Positions 1 through 12,799 of a stretch of DNA of 47,845 nucleotides are shown here, piece after piece (within the stretch, counting starts at the first letter, position 1; every line of letters begins with the position of its first letter). Origin of the DNA: Octopus sinensis (lineage: Eukaryota). The stretch is taken from the NCBI RefSeq assembly GCF_006345805.1, contig NW_021828070.1, positions 1-47,845 on the forward strand, read 5' to 3'. The notes below the pieces were generated by a model. That model was not told the origin of the DNA, made no database searches, and saw only the letters and a list, made by a program, of their open reading frames with translations. The translations under genes and the position numbers were made by a program.

Positions 1-886
1 GTGTGCAACCTGTAATCGATTGGTGTAAAACACCTCAGAGCTGAAAATACATATGCGTAGTCAGCAAATTGAATAAAATTCTTTGTGCATATTAAAACTG
101 TAAATAATGAAAACGAATTAATTATATTATAGATTTCCATCAGTTCATGGTTAAATTGTAAATAATGAAAGCAAATTAACTATATTGGAGGATTTTTATC
201 TGGTGATAGGGTGTATGTGTATGTGTGTGTGAATTGGACAGAGAATCAGACATTTCGCATACAGATATCAGAATTACCACAGTGCACCAACCACTTTACT
301 GTGAGAACTGGGTTGTTATTCGTGCCACCTAGTCTGTTGAGGTCACCATGCAGTTCAGAGGACTGGGAGAAGTGGGGGGGGGGAGAGTATTAGCGTCATG
401 CTAGGGAACAAGTAGATTGCTATAAGAGAGAGCAGACTCTTGAAGGAAGAAACTGCATTTAGTTGGAGAAAGAAAGAGTGGAGAGAAAAATAATCAGAAG
501 CAAGTGTGAGACATAGATAATGGTGATGCGGTGCCCAGATGGCACTACAAGCCCAAGCAGAAATGTTTGGGTGGGGGATATGCAAGATAGCTAGTCCTTT
601 GAAGATGGTTTGTGTGAGGGAATTACATATGCAACAGGTATCTACAATAACATATGACCTTGAAAACTAATCCCTGCCAAGTTAGGAAGGGGTCAGCAAA
701 AAAGGCCAGTGGAATAAGTTCACGGGTTTAAGGGTATTGTGAAAGGCATGGCTTGAAGCCCAATCTTCCAAGCTCTTTCACAAAGCTTAGAAAAACTGAA
801 TGACCGCTGCCATAAGTGGGTGAATCTGAAACGGGGGATATATTGAATAAAATCATAATTAACTGATCCATCTTCCTGTATTTCCT

Positions 887-1103
887 ATTTCTTTACTACC
901 CACAAGGGACTAAACACAGAGGGGACAAACAAGGACAGACAAACGGATTAAGTCGATTATATCTACCCCAGTGCGTAACTGGTACTTATTTAATCGACCC
1001 CGAAAGGATGAAACGTAAAGTCGACCTCGGCGGAATTCGAACGTAGCGACAGACGAAATACTGCTAAGCATTTCGCCCTGCGTGCTAACGTTTCTGCCAG
1101 CTC
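887..1103 (-). mobile_element. SINE family A1 (tRNA-like head GGCGAGCTGGCAGAAACGTTAGC, central CTTTCATCCTTTCGGGGTCGAT domain, tail ...CCCTTGTGGGTAGTAAAGAAAT)
   Basis: Same sequence recurs many times in the window. 14-bp target-site duplication TTCCTGTATTTCCT at 873-886 and 1104-1117. Confidence 0.92.
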
Positions 1104-1469
1104 TTCCTGTATTTCCTTTTACCCAAATCTAGGACTTTTTCAGCACCCCTTCGTACTATACGTCTGAGTATAAGCATACGGCATCTGTCAAACGAATTAT
1201 CAAAAGAAGGGCTGAATATAACTAGCGTGTTGCCGTTGCACTGCAATTCTTAAATGTGATGTGACTCAACTAGATAGTCATGTGACCTCATTATTTAACG
1301 TAACTTAGCTAATCCGTTGACTGGAGGATGTTGGTTACACAGGTGAACAGAGGTTCAAGTTCCAAAGGATCGTGAATGGTTATATAATTACGTTGATGAA
1401 TATTTTTCTGTGATATTTCAGTAGAGGATTTGAATTACTACTTGCCCAAGCACATACGCGCTGATACAT

Positions 1470-1891
1470 ACAACATACTGATACAGGCGCAACACGTTCA
1501 TATACACATGACATGCATATGCAGAACCATACACATAAATACATACAAAAATACAAAGATATGTGCAGCTATAGACATGTGCGTAAGCTCACTTGAACAT
1601 GCGCATGCAGAAATAAAACCAATTATAGACACATATTGACATACACTTACACCATTATACGACAAACAGACCCACGCACGCGCACAAAAAATACACACAC
1701 ATTTGAAGCACAAAGACATACGCACCCATAAGAAATGTATGCAGTTATAAACACACACATATATGCAGAATTGAAAAAATGCACACGCATATACAAACGT
1801 GCACACATTCTCACCCACAGACATACACAACCTGATTTAGGCATACAGAGAAAAAATATATACAGACAGACATACACATACAGACAACCGT

Positions 1892-1941
<50 letters not shown>

Positions 1942-2560
1942 GCATTAAAATAAAACGAAAACAAGCAACCATAAATAAACTGGAACTCAGTCTAATCAAT
2001 ATTGATTTTTCACACTGATGTTTAATAAAGTCACACATTTCTAATAAGATGAGGATGAGTAGGTGAAGAGATAGAGGTAGAATTGATTGAATCTCCACTG
2101 CACCACCTCCAGGACTTACGAGAAAGAAAGAGAATAAGAAGATGAGAAAGAGAGAAAGACATGGCTTCGGGTACAGTCCCACTGCTGCTGTACCCAGGGC
2201 AAGTGTCTTCCATTATACCCCCAGTCCAACCATCCAATCAACCAAACAACAAACCAATGACTTGTGAGTGAATCTGGTAGACAGAAACTGTGTGGCGATC
2301 CGGTGTAAATATATATGTGTATGTGTGTGTGTGTGTATATATATATATATGTATGTATATATAGATACATTCACACACATACACACACATGCATACACAC
2401 ACAGATATGCAAATGTATATATGTATACATGTGATGTGTTTGAATTTGATATCTTCATTTTCATCTTACGCACACACACACACACTCGCACATGTATTGT
2501 ATGTGTGTGTATATATGTGCGTTTGTGTAGATGTGATTGTGTGTGTGCATGTGTACGGGC
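1470..2560. repeat. Degenerate (CA)n/(TG)n/(TA)n microsatellite-rich region
   Basis: Runs of CACA, TGTG and TATA, including pure (CA)n near 1902-1932. These explain the H/T/Y/V/C-rich ORFs. Confidence 0.85.
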
Positions 2561-2594
2561 TTTAGTCGTTGTCTCTGCACGTCAAGACAGCCGA

Positions 2595-2720
2595 TGCGAG
2601 CTTGTTTACGTTCCATTAATTTAGCTGCTCGGCAAAAGAAGACGTTGGAATAAATATAAGACTTAAAAAATAAATACGAAGTGGGACTAAATTCTTCAAA
2701 GAAGTTTCCAGCCTGGCGGT
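2595..2720 (+). mobile_element. Decayed 3' part of SINE family C
   Basis: GTTTACGTTCC...TTAGCTGCTCGGCAAAAGA resembles the family C tail at 35655-35790. Confidence 0.45.
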
Positions 2721-4074
2721 ATCCCTATGGTTGGAATGTGTAAAATAATATATATTCATATTTGTTCTATAATGACGCTACGGTACTCATAAATTATAAG
2801 TATTTAGAAAAAGATATGATTCTAGTGCAGAACGCCATGGTTGACCGCTAACTAATTCGCATAATTCCAATAAATGATAATGGATGAGATCCATTGACAT
2901 CCTATGTACATGTAAAGAAAGAATTAGGATGTGAAGAATTCCCTCATCAGCTGCCAATCGGATATCTTCATCATTTCGACACATTAAGTTAGTATCACTC
3001 TGTTTGGAGCTGACGAAGAGCGTTCAGAATTATTCCAATTCTGTGCGGAAATATAGTAACATATCTATGCTTTGTATATAAACAGCAAACAGTGTTTAAA
3101 TAGAAACCATTAACGTATATTGCAACAAATAAAAGAAATATATATTAAAATACTTGCACAGAAACAAGCTCACACACATACACGTAAATTCACATATATA
3201 CACAAACTCACAAACACAAAAGTATATAAATAGATGAAGAGAGAGAGAGGGGGGAGAAAGAGAGAGCAAAAGTGAGAGAGAAAGAGCAAGGACCTGCATT
3301 CAATCTCGTTATCGGCTGGAAATAGCCCCAATATTTCTATAATACCATACGTGTAATTTGATTTAAAAAGGACACTCTGGTCAATGCAATACATGGGTGA
3401 ATCAAACAAGGTGGAAATAAAACAAAAGGTGGGGTGGTCAGGATGAAACGCTGTTTTATCTTAGTTCTGATCTTTTAGGGTTGACTGGCCTGGGTGCATA
3501 AACAGCAACAACGACAACAGCACAACAACAGGGAACATTTCGCGCGGTCACTCAGTCAGCGATAATTAGCATCAACCCTCCACTCAAATCTCAACCGTAT
3601 TATTTTACACGGTATAATCATACCTGGAACGCTTTTGATTACCGGAAACTTCTAGGCTTGGATCAACAACAAGAGCAAAAAAAGGCGTCAATCTGATTGT
3701 TACTTTTAAATTCTTTCGTTCTTGGATTGAGAAAGACTTTTGCAAGATTTGAATGTAAAACTTAAATTGACAAAAAATCAAATTCTAACCATACAAAATA
3801 TCCTCCTACCTAGTGATCACCCTACCTACAAATCTTCCTACCAGACGATCGTCCCTCCAAGATCATCTAGTATTTCAAATAAGCCAATTTGTCGAAGTTA
3901 CATCAGTTTTATATCATCGGTGTAAGGCAGTGTATGTGACCCATTTAAGACGACACATCTAAGCTGGTTATTGAATTCGTTCTCCTTGGCACATATCAAA
4001 GCCAAGTCATATAAGCTACCAAATACATCAATTGCACATGTCCAACTGCTGAAAGGTAAATAAAAAACGGCCTA

Positions 4075-5190
4075 AAATTCTTAGAAGGTTAAAACCACTA
4101 AATGCCATGCTTTTAACAACCACCGCAAAGCTATTAGCAAGAATAGCAATAGATTACATTAGCCAGATATTTGATCCTTTGGTCGAAGGATATCCAGCAA
4201 ATCTGCAGAATCCTTCCATCACCATTATGGCTATTTTGCAACACTTCAACTCATAAAGTTCCCAGTTTTATGATGTACACAGTCAATAAAACTCACCTTC
4301 ATCATTCTCTTTTTCTGATTCTTGTTTAACTTTAAGGGACACAAAATTTTACGTGCCAAATCTCTTCTGGTCATTGTAGTTTAAAAAGTAGCCCGTCATT
4401 ATGGCGTCTTAAAACAATTATCATTCGAATTAGCTGCTATCGTCATCAGATTTGTAGCTCTCTCTCCCTCTCTCCCACTTTCTTCTCTCATTCTCCCCTC
4501 CCTTTTTATCTCTACTCTCCTATTGCATACGCCAATCTTTGGAAACATGCTACGATACATCCTAAACCCTGTAAGAATCAATTTCTTTCACCCAGCCAAA
4601 TCCTGACAAACTGTACACTCTTGCGTTATATCAAAACTGATTGAATTATTTGCTAAAATTTACATCCTTTATGGCATTGGATCTCCTTCTCTCCTTCTCT
4701 CTGATTACCTGAAATCTTATTCTGTTCCGTCCAATACCACTGGTTTCTCGTTCTTGAGAATCTCAGGATTGCCACCAGAATTCTTTAGCTGTGCTTAACA
4801 TAAGAATCGCATAAATAAATTTCCCACATAAAGTCTCCATTCGCTTCCCATTTTATTATTGGAACCATTCTTTCATGCCTTTTTATTGCAGCATAAACCT
4901 TCAGTACACATTCTCTACTCTGTGTTGGACTACTCCAAATCTCGGTAATCTTTCTCACACACCATCTTCTCTATTTTGCTAACAACTCTTATTTCTACTT
5001 AGATGATACCGCGTTCAGTCCACAGTATGTCATAGAAGACAAATATTTACTTCATGGAACGCCACCCTTCAGTGACGGACATGCTAACTTTGTACGTTTC
5101 AATCGAAAAACATTTCTCATAATGAGAATAACACTTCTCATTTCACTTATGAGCAACACAGCCAAACTCCTCAAGATTGTACGTTTCATA
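4075..5190 (+). pseudogene. Possible highly decayed LINE reverse-transcriptase fragments
   Basis: Two short + strand peptides resemble the RT motif RPISLL...KLL: AMLLTTTAKLLARI (~4105-4150) and ISLMSNTAKLLKIV (~5138-5182). They are surrounded by stops. Confidence 0.3.
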
Positions 5191-5570
5191 ATTTCTGATG
5201 ATCTGTTATGGTGGCTCCACATACAATTTTCCAGGAATTGCATTCACTTTTAATCAATTACAAACTCTTTATAAAAGACAAATATGATCAGAACTGCAGT
5301 GCTATCCACATAAACGGGAAGATGCAAAGAGATGGCACGCAAGAAAGGGAATTTCTCTTCAAACACTGTCTCACAGACACACACCGTATGTATGTATATT
5401 ACTGTTCCGTGGTGGTAAGATCAACAAAAATAGTGCTCCATCTGGTGAGAGGTAAATATTATTTAGCACAGAAATATATGTGCTTATGTGTTGCTATTAG
5501 CTTCATATGATGAAAGTATCTCAGATAGCATTTTACAGGCATGTAAAAAGATAGTCTGAGATGCTTTCAT

Positions 5571-5614
<44 letters not shown>

Positions 5615-5620
5615 GATATA

Positions 5621-5806
5621 TAGATTCAAATGAATATGGTACTTAAGTTAGAGGCGCCAGAATTTTGTATGGTATTATCCAAGTAAATCCATGGAGTGAT
5701 TATAATCAAAATAAGCAACAAGGGATCTTCAATTGGTACGATAATGAAGTAACATGAAACACTCGTACCAAATTACCGAAGATATACTTGTTGCTTATTT
5801 TGATTA

Positions 5807-5808
<2 letters not shown>
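5621..5808 (+). mobile_element. Hairpin-terminated repeat element, copy 1 (80-bp leader plus ~108-bp inverted repeat, followed by (TA)n)
   Basis: Arms TATAATCAAAATAAGCAACAAG...CTTGTTGCTTATTTTGATTATA (5701-5808). A second copy in reverse orientation is at 41711-41907. Confidence 0.75.
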
Positions 5809-5852
<44 letters not shown>

Positions 5853-7091
5853 GTTCATATCATCCAACATCACATACCTTCTCCCATATACTTGCACGAC
5901 TAACTGATCCAAACCTATATAACCCACCCAACTTACCTGTCTCCAGAAACAACAGACTTAAAGTATGAATCCGATGTCTCAGTCCTTAACACAAATACTA
6001 CCAAAGAATGTAAAATATAACCACTTATTAAAATTCAACAACATAAAAACGAAACACACAAGCACAGAAAAAAATGGAATTTGAAACGTCCAAATACTTA
6101 AATAATAAACAATGTACCAACCAAACAATGTACCAGCATACGGTACTTAAAAATAACCTCAAATAAAATACTTAAATATATAAGGATAGCCGCTAGTGCT
6201 AGAGATAATTATTTTCGTCTGCCATAAAGACTGGCTACAATGATCAGAGGAGAATTTTCCTACGACTATTTGTGTTTCTGTGTTGGGCAAATGTGATCAG
6301 GAACAAGGAATGATGGAGATGATATTTGTTGAGTACATCATAAAAGTGTAGGCGAATCAAGAAGCAAAATTGGTGTTTTTTTTTATACCATATAAAAAAA
6401 ACAACATAAATACAACAGAAAGAAACATAACGTGTACACTGACAACATCAAGAAGCAATAATGGCATAAACACTACATTATGTCTATTAGTTCTATCATC
6501 ATTTTTAGCGAATGTAATAAATTTTGGACTCTAAGTGTGTAATAGACTTTGGTGTATTATAATTTAGGTGTTTTATAGTATAATGGTTATAATATTTAGG
6601 TGTTTTATATTATTTAGCTGTATTAGAGTATTACAGTCTTATGCTATAAAACCTAGGTGTATTTATAATTTTATCAGATCCTGTGTCTTTTCAGCTTTAC
6701 TAATTTTCTAAAGGTGTTCATTTGTCTGATGGCGAGAGGAAGATGCGAATATAAGGTCGAAATAAGATCTAGTATGTATCGAGCGTATCGTGTTTCGTCT
6801 TCCTGTTGCCCTTGTATTCGTGGACAGTCAACCGATTAGAAATAGCAACGAATTCCCCAAGATTTATTGTAAAAAATGTATAATGACTGCATCATATCTT
6901 GGATATGTATATATTAAAAAAATCCATTCAAGATGGACGTAGCTAGATTGCCTGTTAAATGATACAGATCTTCAGTTTACACTGTAGTGTCTTAAAAATG
7001 TGTTAACACATTCAATAAAACATTTCTGGATATGAATATAAAAGAAGAAAAGAGAGATGGTCATGGGTACAATTTGGTACATATAATTGAA

Positions 7092-7320
7092 GGCGTCGAG
7101 CTGGCAGAAACGTTAGCACGCCGGGCGAAATACGTAGCGGTTTTTCGTCTGCCGTTACGTTCTGAGTTCAAATTCCGCCGAGGTCGACTTTGCCTTTCAT
7201 CCTTTCGGAGTCGATAAATTAAGTACCAGTTACGCACTAGGGTCGATGTAATCGACTTAATCCATTTGTCTGTCCTTGCTTGTTCCCTATATGTTCAGCC
7301 CCTTGTGGGTAATAAAGAAA
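7092..7320 (+). mobile_element. SINE family A1
   Basis: Full head, body and tail. TSD ACATATAATTG at 7079-7089 and 7322-7332. Confidence 0.92.
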
Positions 7321-7859
7321 CACATATAATTGTTTAAGGATCAATTGATGGGGTAAGTGATCAACATGGTCAAGTATTGAGCAGTAGTAGGTTTTAGTAT
7401 ATCTTGGTAAGAATCACGAATTTAAGTGGAGGAAAAGAAAAAAAGGGTCTTACTGTTGTTTGCTTGGGGAATTGCCTTCCTATAACACCAGAGAAGTGGT
7501 TAGCAGTGGAGACTTATTGGAGTTTGCCGTACAGAATTGTCCCAGTGCTGTTCTTTTCAGCCTTTTTGGAACCTTGCATATGTTATACTTCTCACACACA
7601 CGCACGCACGAACGCACGAACGCATGTACGCACACACTCTCTCTCTCTTTCTCTCCTCCCTCTCTCCCAGACACGCGCTCTTACCTATGCTTTATATTAT
7701 TTTGTCGTTTAATTTTCCGTATGAGATTGACCTGAAATGTTTACCTTTGCCAGTGTATTGCGATGTTTTTTTTTTCTAATTTTTGTTTGCAATGCCATTG
7801 TTGTAAAGAGGCAAACATCTATCCCTCCTCTTCCTTCTCCTTATTCTCTACAATATCCA

Positions 7860-8018
7860 CATACAACTATTACACCACCACCGCCCCCACTACTATTACT
7901 ATTAATCATCATCATCATCACCATCATCATCACCACAACCACCGCCGCCGTCGCCACAGCCGCCACAACCACCATCATCATCATCATCAACATCCTCATC
8001 ATCATCGTCATCATTATA

Positions 8019-8067
<49 letters not shown>

Positions 8068-8077
8068 GTTATTGTTA

Positions 8078-8115
<38 letters not shown>

Positions 8116-8149
8116 GTTATTATTATTATTATTGTTATTATTATTATTA

Positions 8150-8183
<34 letters not shown>

Positions 8184-8198
8184 GTTATTATATTATTA

Positions 8199-8258
<60 letters not shown>

Positions 8259-8278
8259 CATCATCATCATCATCATTC
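7860..8278. repeat. (ATC)n/(TAT)n/(CAT)n trinucleotide tract
   Basis: Directly visible. It lies immediately upstream of the 5' end of decayed Tx1-like copy A. Confidence 0.95.
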
Positions 8279-8568
8279 TAATTACTATGATGGCTGTTAG
8301 CCGGACAAGCCACGCTTGACATCGGCTCTATAAATTTTGTTTACAAACTATGCTGTTTACGTTGGGAAGAGTTGTTTTTCGTTTCAGTTTTTTTGTTTAA
8401 TTGTGAAGAAGAAATGACGTGCTATCTGCTGGTGAGTTGCTTTTTTTTTTTTTGTTTAAAGTCCCCCATTTCTCGTGGGACTTGCTGATATAAATTTTAT
8501 ATCGATTGGAAAATTTGTGCTTTTCATCAATTTTGTTGATGGAGTCAGTCGTGTTTGAGAAGTACATA

Positions 8569-8608
<40 letters not shown>

Positions 8609-8699
8609 TAGTTGGCAGAGCGTAACAATGATGTTATGAAGGAGGGTGAGGGTGGGGCGAGATTAGTAGCGTTACTACTGCGTCAGTGACATCTGACTG

Positions 8700-9550
8700 C
8701 AAAGCAGACAACAGCAGCAGCAGTAGCAGCAACAGCAGCAGCAGTAGCAGCAACAGCAGCAGCAGTAGCAGCAACAGCAGCAGCAGTAGCAGCAGCGACA
8801 ACAGCAGCATATACAGCAGCAACAACGGCAACTGCATAAATAACTTCCAGCAGCAGAAGCATCAGCAGCATCATCAGCATCATCATCAGCAGCGACAATA
8901 ACACCAAGAGCAAGAACGGAAGAACAAACAGCAGCTTCGAGAGCGTGATATCCACCAGCAGCAGCAGCAGCCGTTTCAGTAGCAGCAGCAGCAAAAACTA
9001 CAGTAATAAAATCAACAAGAAAAAGTCCCCCCCCCTCCCAGAAGAATAACAGTATCAACAAAGACAGCAGCAAACTGCAACAGCAACAACAGCAACAGCT
9101 GAAAGCGATAGTAACAACAACAGCGACATCTGCACAAAACTGCGGCCACAATAATGACAACACCAACCGCATCAAAGAGACTACCAACACTACCACCGCC
9201 GCCACCACCACCACCAAAACAGGCAAGGACAACACCAAGAACAAGAGCAACAACAACAACAACAACAGCAACGGCATCAATAGCAACAACAGCAACAACT
9301 GTGAAAAATGACAACAATAGCAAAAACAACTGTATCAGAGACAGAACCACAACCACCATAACAACATCACCACCACTACCACCACCTCCACAAGTAACAA
9401 CAGAAACAACAACAACAACAACAACAGCTACAACAACATCACCACCTCCACCTCCACAAATAACAACAACAACAACAACAACAGCAACAAAAACAACAAC
9501 AGCACCACCACCACAACTACCACCAGTAACAGAACAACCACATCAATAGC
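8700..9550 (+). repeat. (AGC)n/(AAC)n/(ACC)n compound trinucleotide tract, probably the low-complexity ORF1 N-terminus of copy A
   Basis: Visible repeats. Position after the 5' UTR matches the T/N/S-rich ORF1 N-terminus of copy B. Contains stops. Confidence 0.7.
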
Positions 9551-9642
9551 AGAAGCAAGAACAAAAATGACGGCGACGCCAAATTAAGTGATGGAGGACA
9601 ATCTACGAGTGAACAATCGCGTTGTGGTAACAAAATCAAACG

Positions 9643-9955
9643 GGCGAGCTGGCAGAACGTTAGCAAGCCGGACGAAATGCTTAGCAGTATTTCGTCTGCC
9701 GTTACGTTCTGAGTTCAAATTCCGCCGAGGTCAACTTTGCCTTTCATCCTTTCGGGGTCGATTAAATAAGTATCAATTACGCACTGTGGTCGATAGAATC
9801 GACTTAATCCGTTTGTCTATCCTTGTTTGTCCTCTCTGTGTTTAGCCCCTTGTGGGTAGTAAAGAAATAGGTATTTTGTCTGTCTACGATCTGGGTTCAA
9901 ATTCCGCCGATGTCGACTATGCCTTCCATCCTTTCGGGGTCGATAAATTAAGTAC
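9643..9955 (+). mobile_element. SINE A1 plus head-less second unit (9869-9955)
   Basis: Complete monomer to AAAGAAATAG (9868), then restarts at GTATTTTGTCT. Confidence 0.88.
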
Positions 9956-9956
9956 T

Positions 9957-10100
9957 AGTGCGTAACTGGTACTTATTTAATCGACCCCGAAAAGATGAAA
10001 AGCAAAGTCGACCTCGGCGGAATTTGAACTCAGAACGTAACGGCAGACGAAATACGGCTACACATTTCGCCCGGCGTGCTAACGATTCTGCCAGCTCGCC
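9957..10100 (-). mobile_element. SINE A, 3'-truncated, inverted relative to 9643-9955
   Basis: Reverse complement of head and body: ...TTCTGCCAGCTCGCC. Confidence 0.88.
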
Positions 10101-10548
10101 GTGGAACCATATCACTACGGCAAGGCAGTTTGGGAGAATGCAGGTCCCTTTAGGAGCGAAGCACTCGCATTGAAGCTCTCCTTAGCGCTTATACTAGACA
10201 AGGAGACCTGACTTATTTAGAGAGAAAGACCTGTCACGTCAAGATAGAGTTCTATCTGTATTGGATATCTGGTAGTTGTCATTTTAGAAGGTACAGACAC
10301 ATTCTTCGTTGTGAAACGACACTTAGAAGGGGTTTTAAGTGGGACCACAGTGAAGATCGTCAACCAGATCAAACCAGAGGAGGGGAAGAGATCCCAGACT
10401 TCATCCGCCTGCTCAGTGATGCGGAACTGCGTGTTGTAATTCATAGTACAAACGGCCACTTCAGAGATTTCTGTCTATAATATAGAGCGCAAAAGAGACG
10501 AGGTCCCAACTACTGCCGACATCATGGCCTTAACAGCAACTGCATACC

Positions 10549-10778
10549 TATTTCTTTATTACCCACAAGGGGCTAAACATAGAGGGGACAAACAAGGACA
10601 GACATAGGTATGAAGTCGATTATATCGACTCAGTGCGTAACTGTTACTTGATTTATCGAAACAGAAAGGATGAATGGCAAAGTCGACCTCGGCGGAATTT
10701 GAACTCAGAACGTAACGGCAGACGAAATACCGCTAAGCATTTCGCCCGGCGGGCTAACGTTTCTGCCAGCTCGTCGCC
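10549..10778 (-). mobile_element. SINE A1 inserted in ORF1 remnant of copy A
   Basis: ~22-bp TSD GCCTTA(A/G)C(A/G)GCAACTGCATACC at 10527-10548 and 10776-10797. Confidence 0.9.
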
Positions 10779-11167
10779 TTAGCGGCAACTGCATACCGTA
10801 GTACCAGTAGTAGCACCAGCACCAGCACCACCAGCACCGACATTACCACCATTACCATCACTGCTATTACCCCTACCATTACCATCATCACCACCACCTT
10901 TACCATCATTACCACAATTCCCACCGTTTCCACATCCATCACCATTACCACCACTACCGCCACCACTGTCACCACCACCAACAACAACAATGACATCAGC
11001 AACAGCAGCAACAAGAACAATAACAAACCCAGCAATAGTAGCAACAGCAACGATGACACTCACAAGAGCAGAACAAAATCCCGCCACTCAAGAAACTATC
11101 CGATCTAACTTACATTGCATTACACTCCCGTACCTTCAAGCAAAACACATGGACAAACACTTGCACA

Positions 11168-11365
11168 TAACATCATCATCATTGTTCGACTATGGTCGAG
11201 ACAATGGAATTTACTATGTTACGCCAGACCTCACGGTCCATCATAGCATTACGGAGGTCCTGTTGCTTAATGCCTGTATCCCTGGAGATTACATCAGGGT
11301 AGGAGAGTGTGCGCCCTCTGGTATCGCGAGCAGAGGGCTTCCAGAGGAGAAGAGTAGAAATTACC
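11168..11365 (-). mobile_element. RTE-type LINE 3' fragment with (TGA)n tail
   Basis: Translation LLWKP..RGRTLSYPDVISRDTG...LRNAMMDREVWR matches the typical RTE ORF C-terminus. The stop runs into a TGATGATGATG tail. Confidence 0.75.
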
Positions 11366-12209
11366 TTGTTTTCTAGACATGTCACATACATTCCTGCATC
11401 GAGTCTTTCCAATATGGAAACATCATCTTGCAAGGAGGTGGGTCATCTTGCGAGCAAATTCAAAACAAGGAGTAGACACCTGCACTAAACGAGGCACATA
11501 AACCACAACCACATCATCCATATCTACGATTCCTGCACGACTATCAGCACCTACCTCAACAGAAAGAAAACACATGCAAAGTATCAGCAGGTTGCCACAA
11601 AAAATGCCACATCAAGACACACCCACCCCAAAATTGTGCTGATAAAAAGCACAAAATTAAAGACTGATGTCTTCCTGTGGGGGAAATGGGTAACTTTGAA
11701 ATAGTAGAGTTATGGATTTGAATTTTTAAGATCATCCATCCCCGCCCCGCTTTCGGATTCTTTCTCAGCAGCATCACCACAATAAAGTTCAACAATAAAG
11801 TGCCAAAGAACTTCCGGAAAAAAGCCTAAAACTTCTGGAGACCCAATCACGCATTTTCCGGACAACCAAATAGGTAAGTAACTTGTCTTCTTTCTCTCTT
11901 TTTCCTCTTTCTGCCAATGTGAAGCTTCGAGAGTGGTTTGCATTAATGCAAGTAACCTGGTATCAATCTGTCACTTGATTAATGATCTTATGTCATTTGC
12001 CTGGATATGACAGCTATGAGCGAGACCAGAATTTCTGACACATGTGTTTGGGACCCATTTTTTGTGACCCTGAGATTTTCGTATCTCTTCCACGGATAGG
12101 GATGTGTAGAGTACGTTTTGGAAAGGTTTCATGCCCATGATATTCTGTATTTCCTGGATCGGAGTGTAAATCACTGGTTTTGGGCGTGAATAGTAACGAA
12201 GGGAATATC

Positions 12210-12432
12210 TATTTCTTTACTACCCATAAGGGGCTAAACATAGAGGGGACAAACAAGGACAGATAAACGGATTAAGTCGATTACATCGCCCCCAGTGCGT
12301 AACTGGTACTTAATTTATCGACCTCGAAAGGATGAAAGGCAAAGTCGACCTCGGCAGAATTTGAACTCACAACGTAAAGACATACGAAATACGGCTACGC
12401 ATTTCGCCCGGCGTGCTAACGTTTCTGCCAGC
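12210..12432 (-). mobile_element. SINE A1 interrupting APE remnant of copy A
   Basis: Family sequence. The APE peptide continues on both sides (..LGVNSNEGN / VAMYNA..). No clear TSD. Confidence 0.88.
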
Positions 12433-12799
12433 AACAGTCGCCATGTATAATGCGATGGGGGAAGGGATGCCTGAATGTTTTCAGGTGTTTGAAGATTTTA
12501 TTAGGAACATCCCGTTCTTTTCTACAACTGCTGTGAGAACGTCATCTGGAATTCACGTTGGCCACGTAAATCTTTTCAGTCGTTTCCAACAAGATGACAG
12601 ATATAAACTAGATCTACCGAATTGCACACAAGCAAACAGAACCAAGTTATTCAGATAATGTCTAGGTAGAGTACTCTGTAGAGCAGTAAATAGCTTAAGC
12701 AAAAGTTGTACAGTCCACATTTGTCGGCTACACAGACCACAAATTTTATCTCTACGATAAACCGCGCACCAAGTTTACAGACACCAGATTACAAAACAT

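Larger units (their letters stand above)
8290..12799 (+). mobile_element. Decayed Tx1/L1-like non-LTR retrotransposon, copy A (5' UTR, ORF1 remnant, APE remnant), with nested insertions; 3' part absent
   Basis: 5' end ATGGCTGTTAGCCG..AAGCCACGCTTGAC..CGGCTC matches the copy D start at 34895. ORF1 remnant IPDFIRLLSDAELRVV (~10390-10440) matches LPDKIYLENGQCLYV in copy B. APE remnants match copy B ORF2: CINAS..HLINDL..DMTAMSETRIS (11935-12040), LLGTSR (~12495-12515), VGYTDHKF (~12720-12750). Confidence 0.75.

Noticed and set aside
601-645. Peptide GLCEGITYAT followed by a GT, resembling CCZ1 GLCEAIVQFT
   Set aside because: In-frame stop four codons upstream, no acceptor, and the splice phase does not fit; treated as chance.
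2787-2984. 65-aa minus-strand ORF with an armadillo-like look (LAADEGILHILILSLHVH)
   Set aside because: No consistent splice sites or partner exons; similarity too weak to support.
3830-4300. Minus-strand splice-like signals (GAAG|GTGAGT at 4297, TTTCAG acceptor near 4050)
   Set aside because: Flanking frames are phase-incompatible and contain stops; the + strand RT-like motif explains the region at least as well.
5740-5765. Loop ATGAAGTAACATGAAAC resembling a hammerhead ribozyme core
   Set aside because: Lacks the CTGANGA consensus and a stem II in both copies.
7737-9549. Long poly-Q/H/T/L/Y ORFs on both strands
   Set aside because: Products of trinucleotide repeats. Not host genes; part is reinterpreted as decayed LINE ORF1.
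11410-11470. SCKEVGHLASKF, a possible second zinc-knuckle remnant in copy A
   Set aside because: First and last Cys are missing and copy B has only one knuckle; too weak to call separately.
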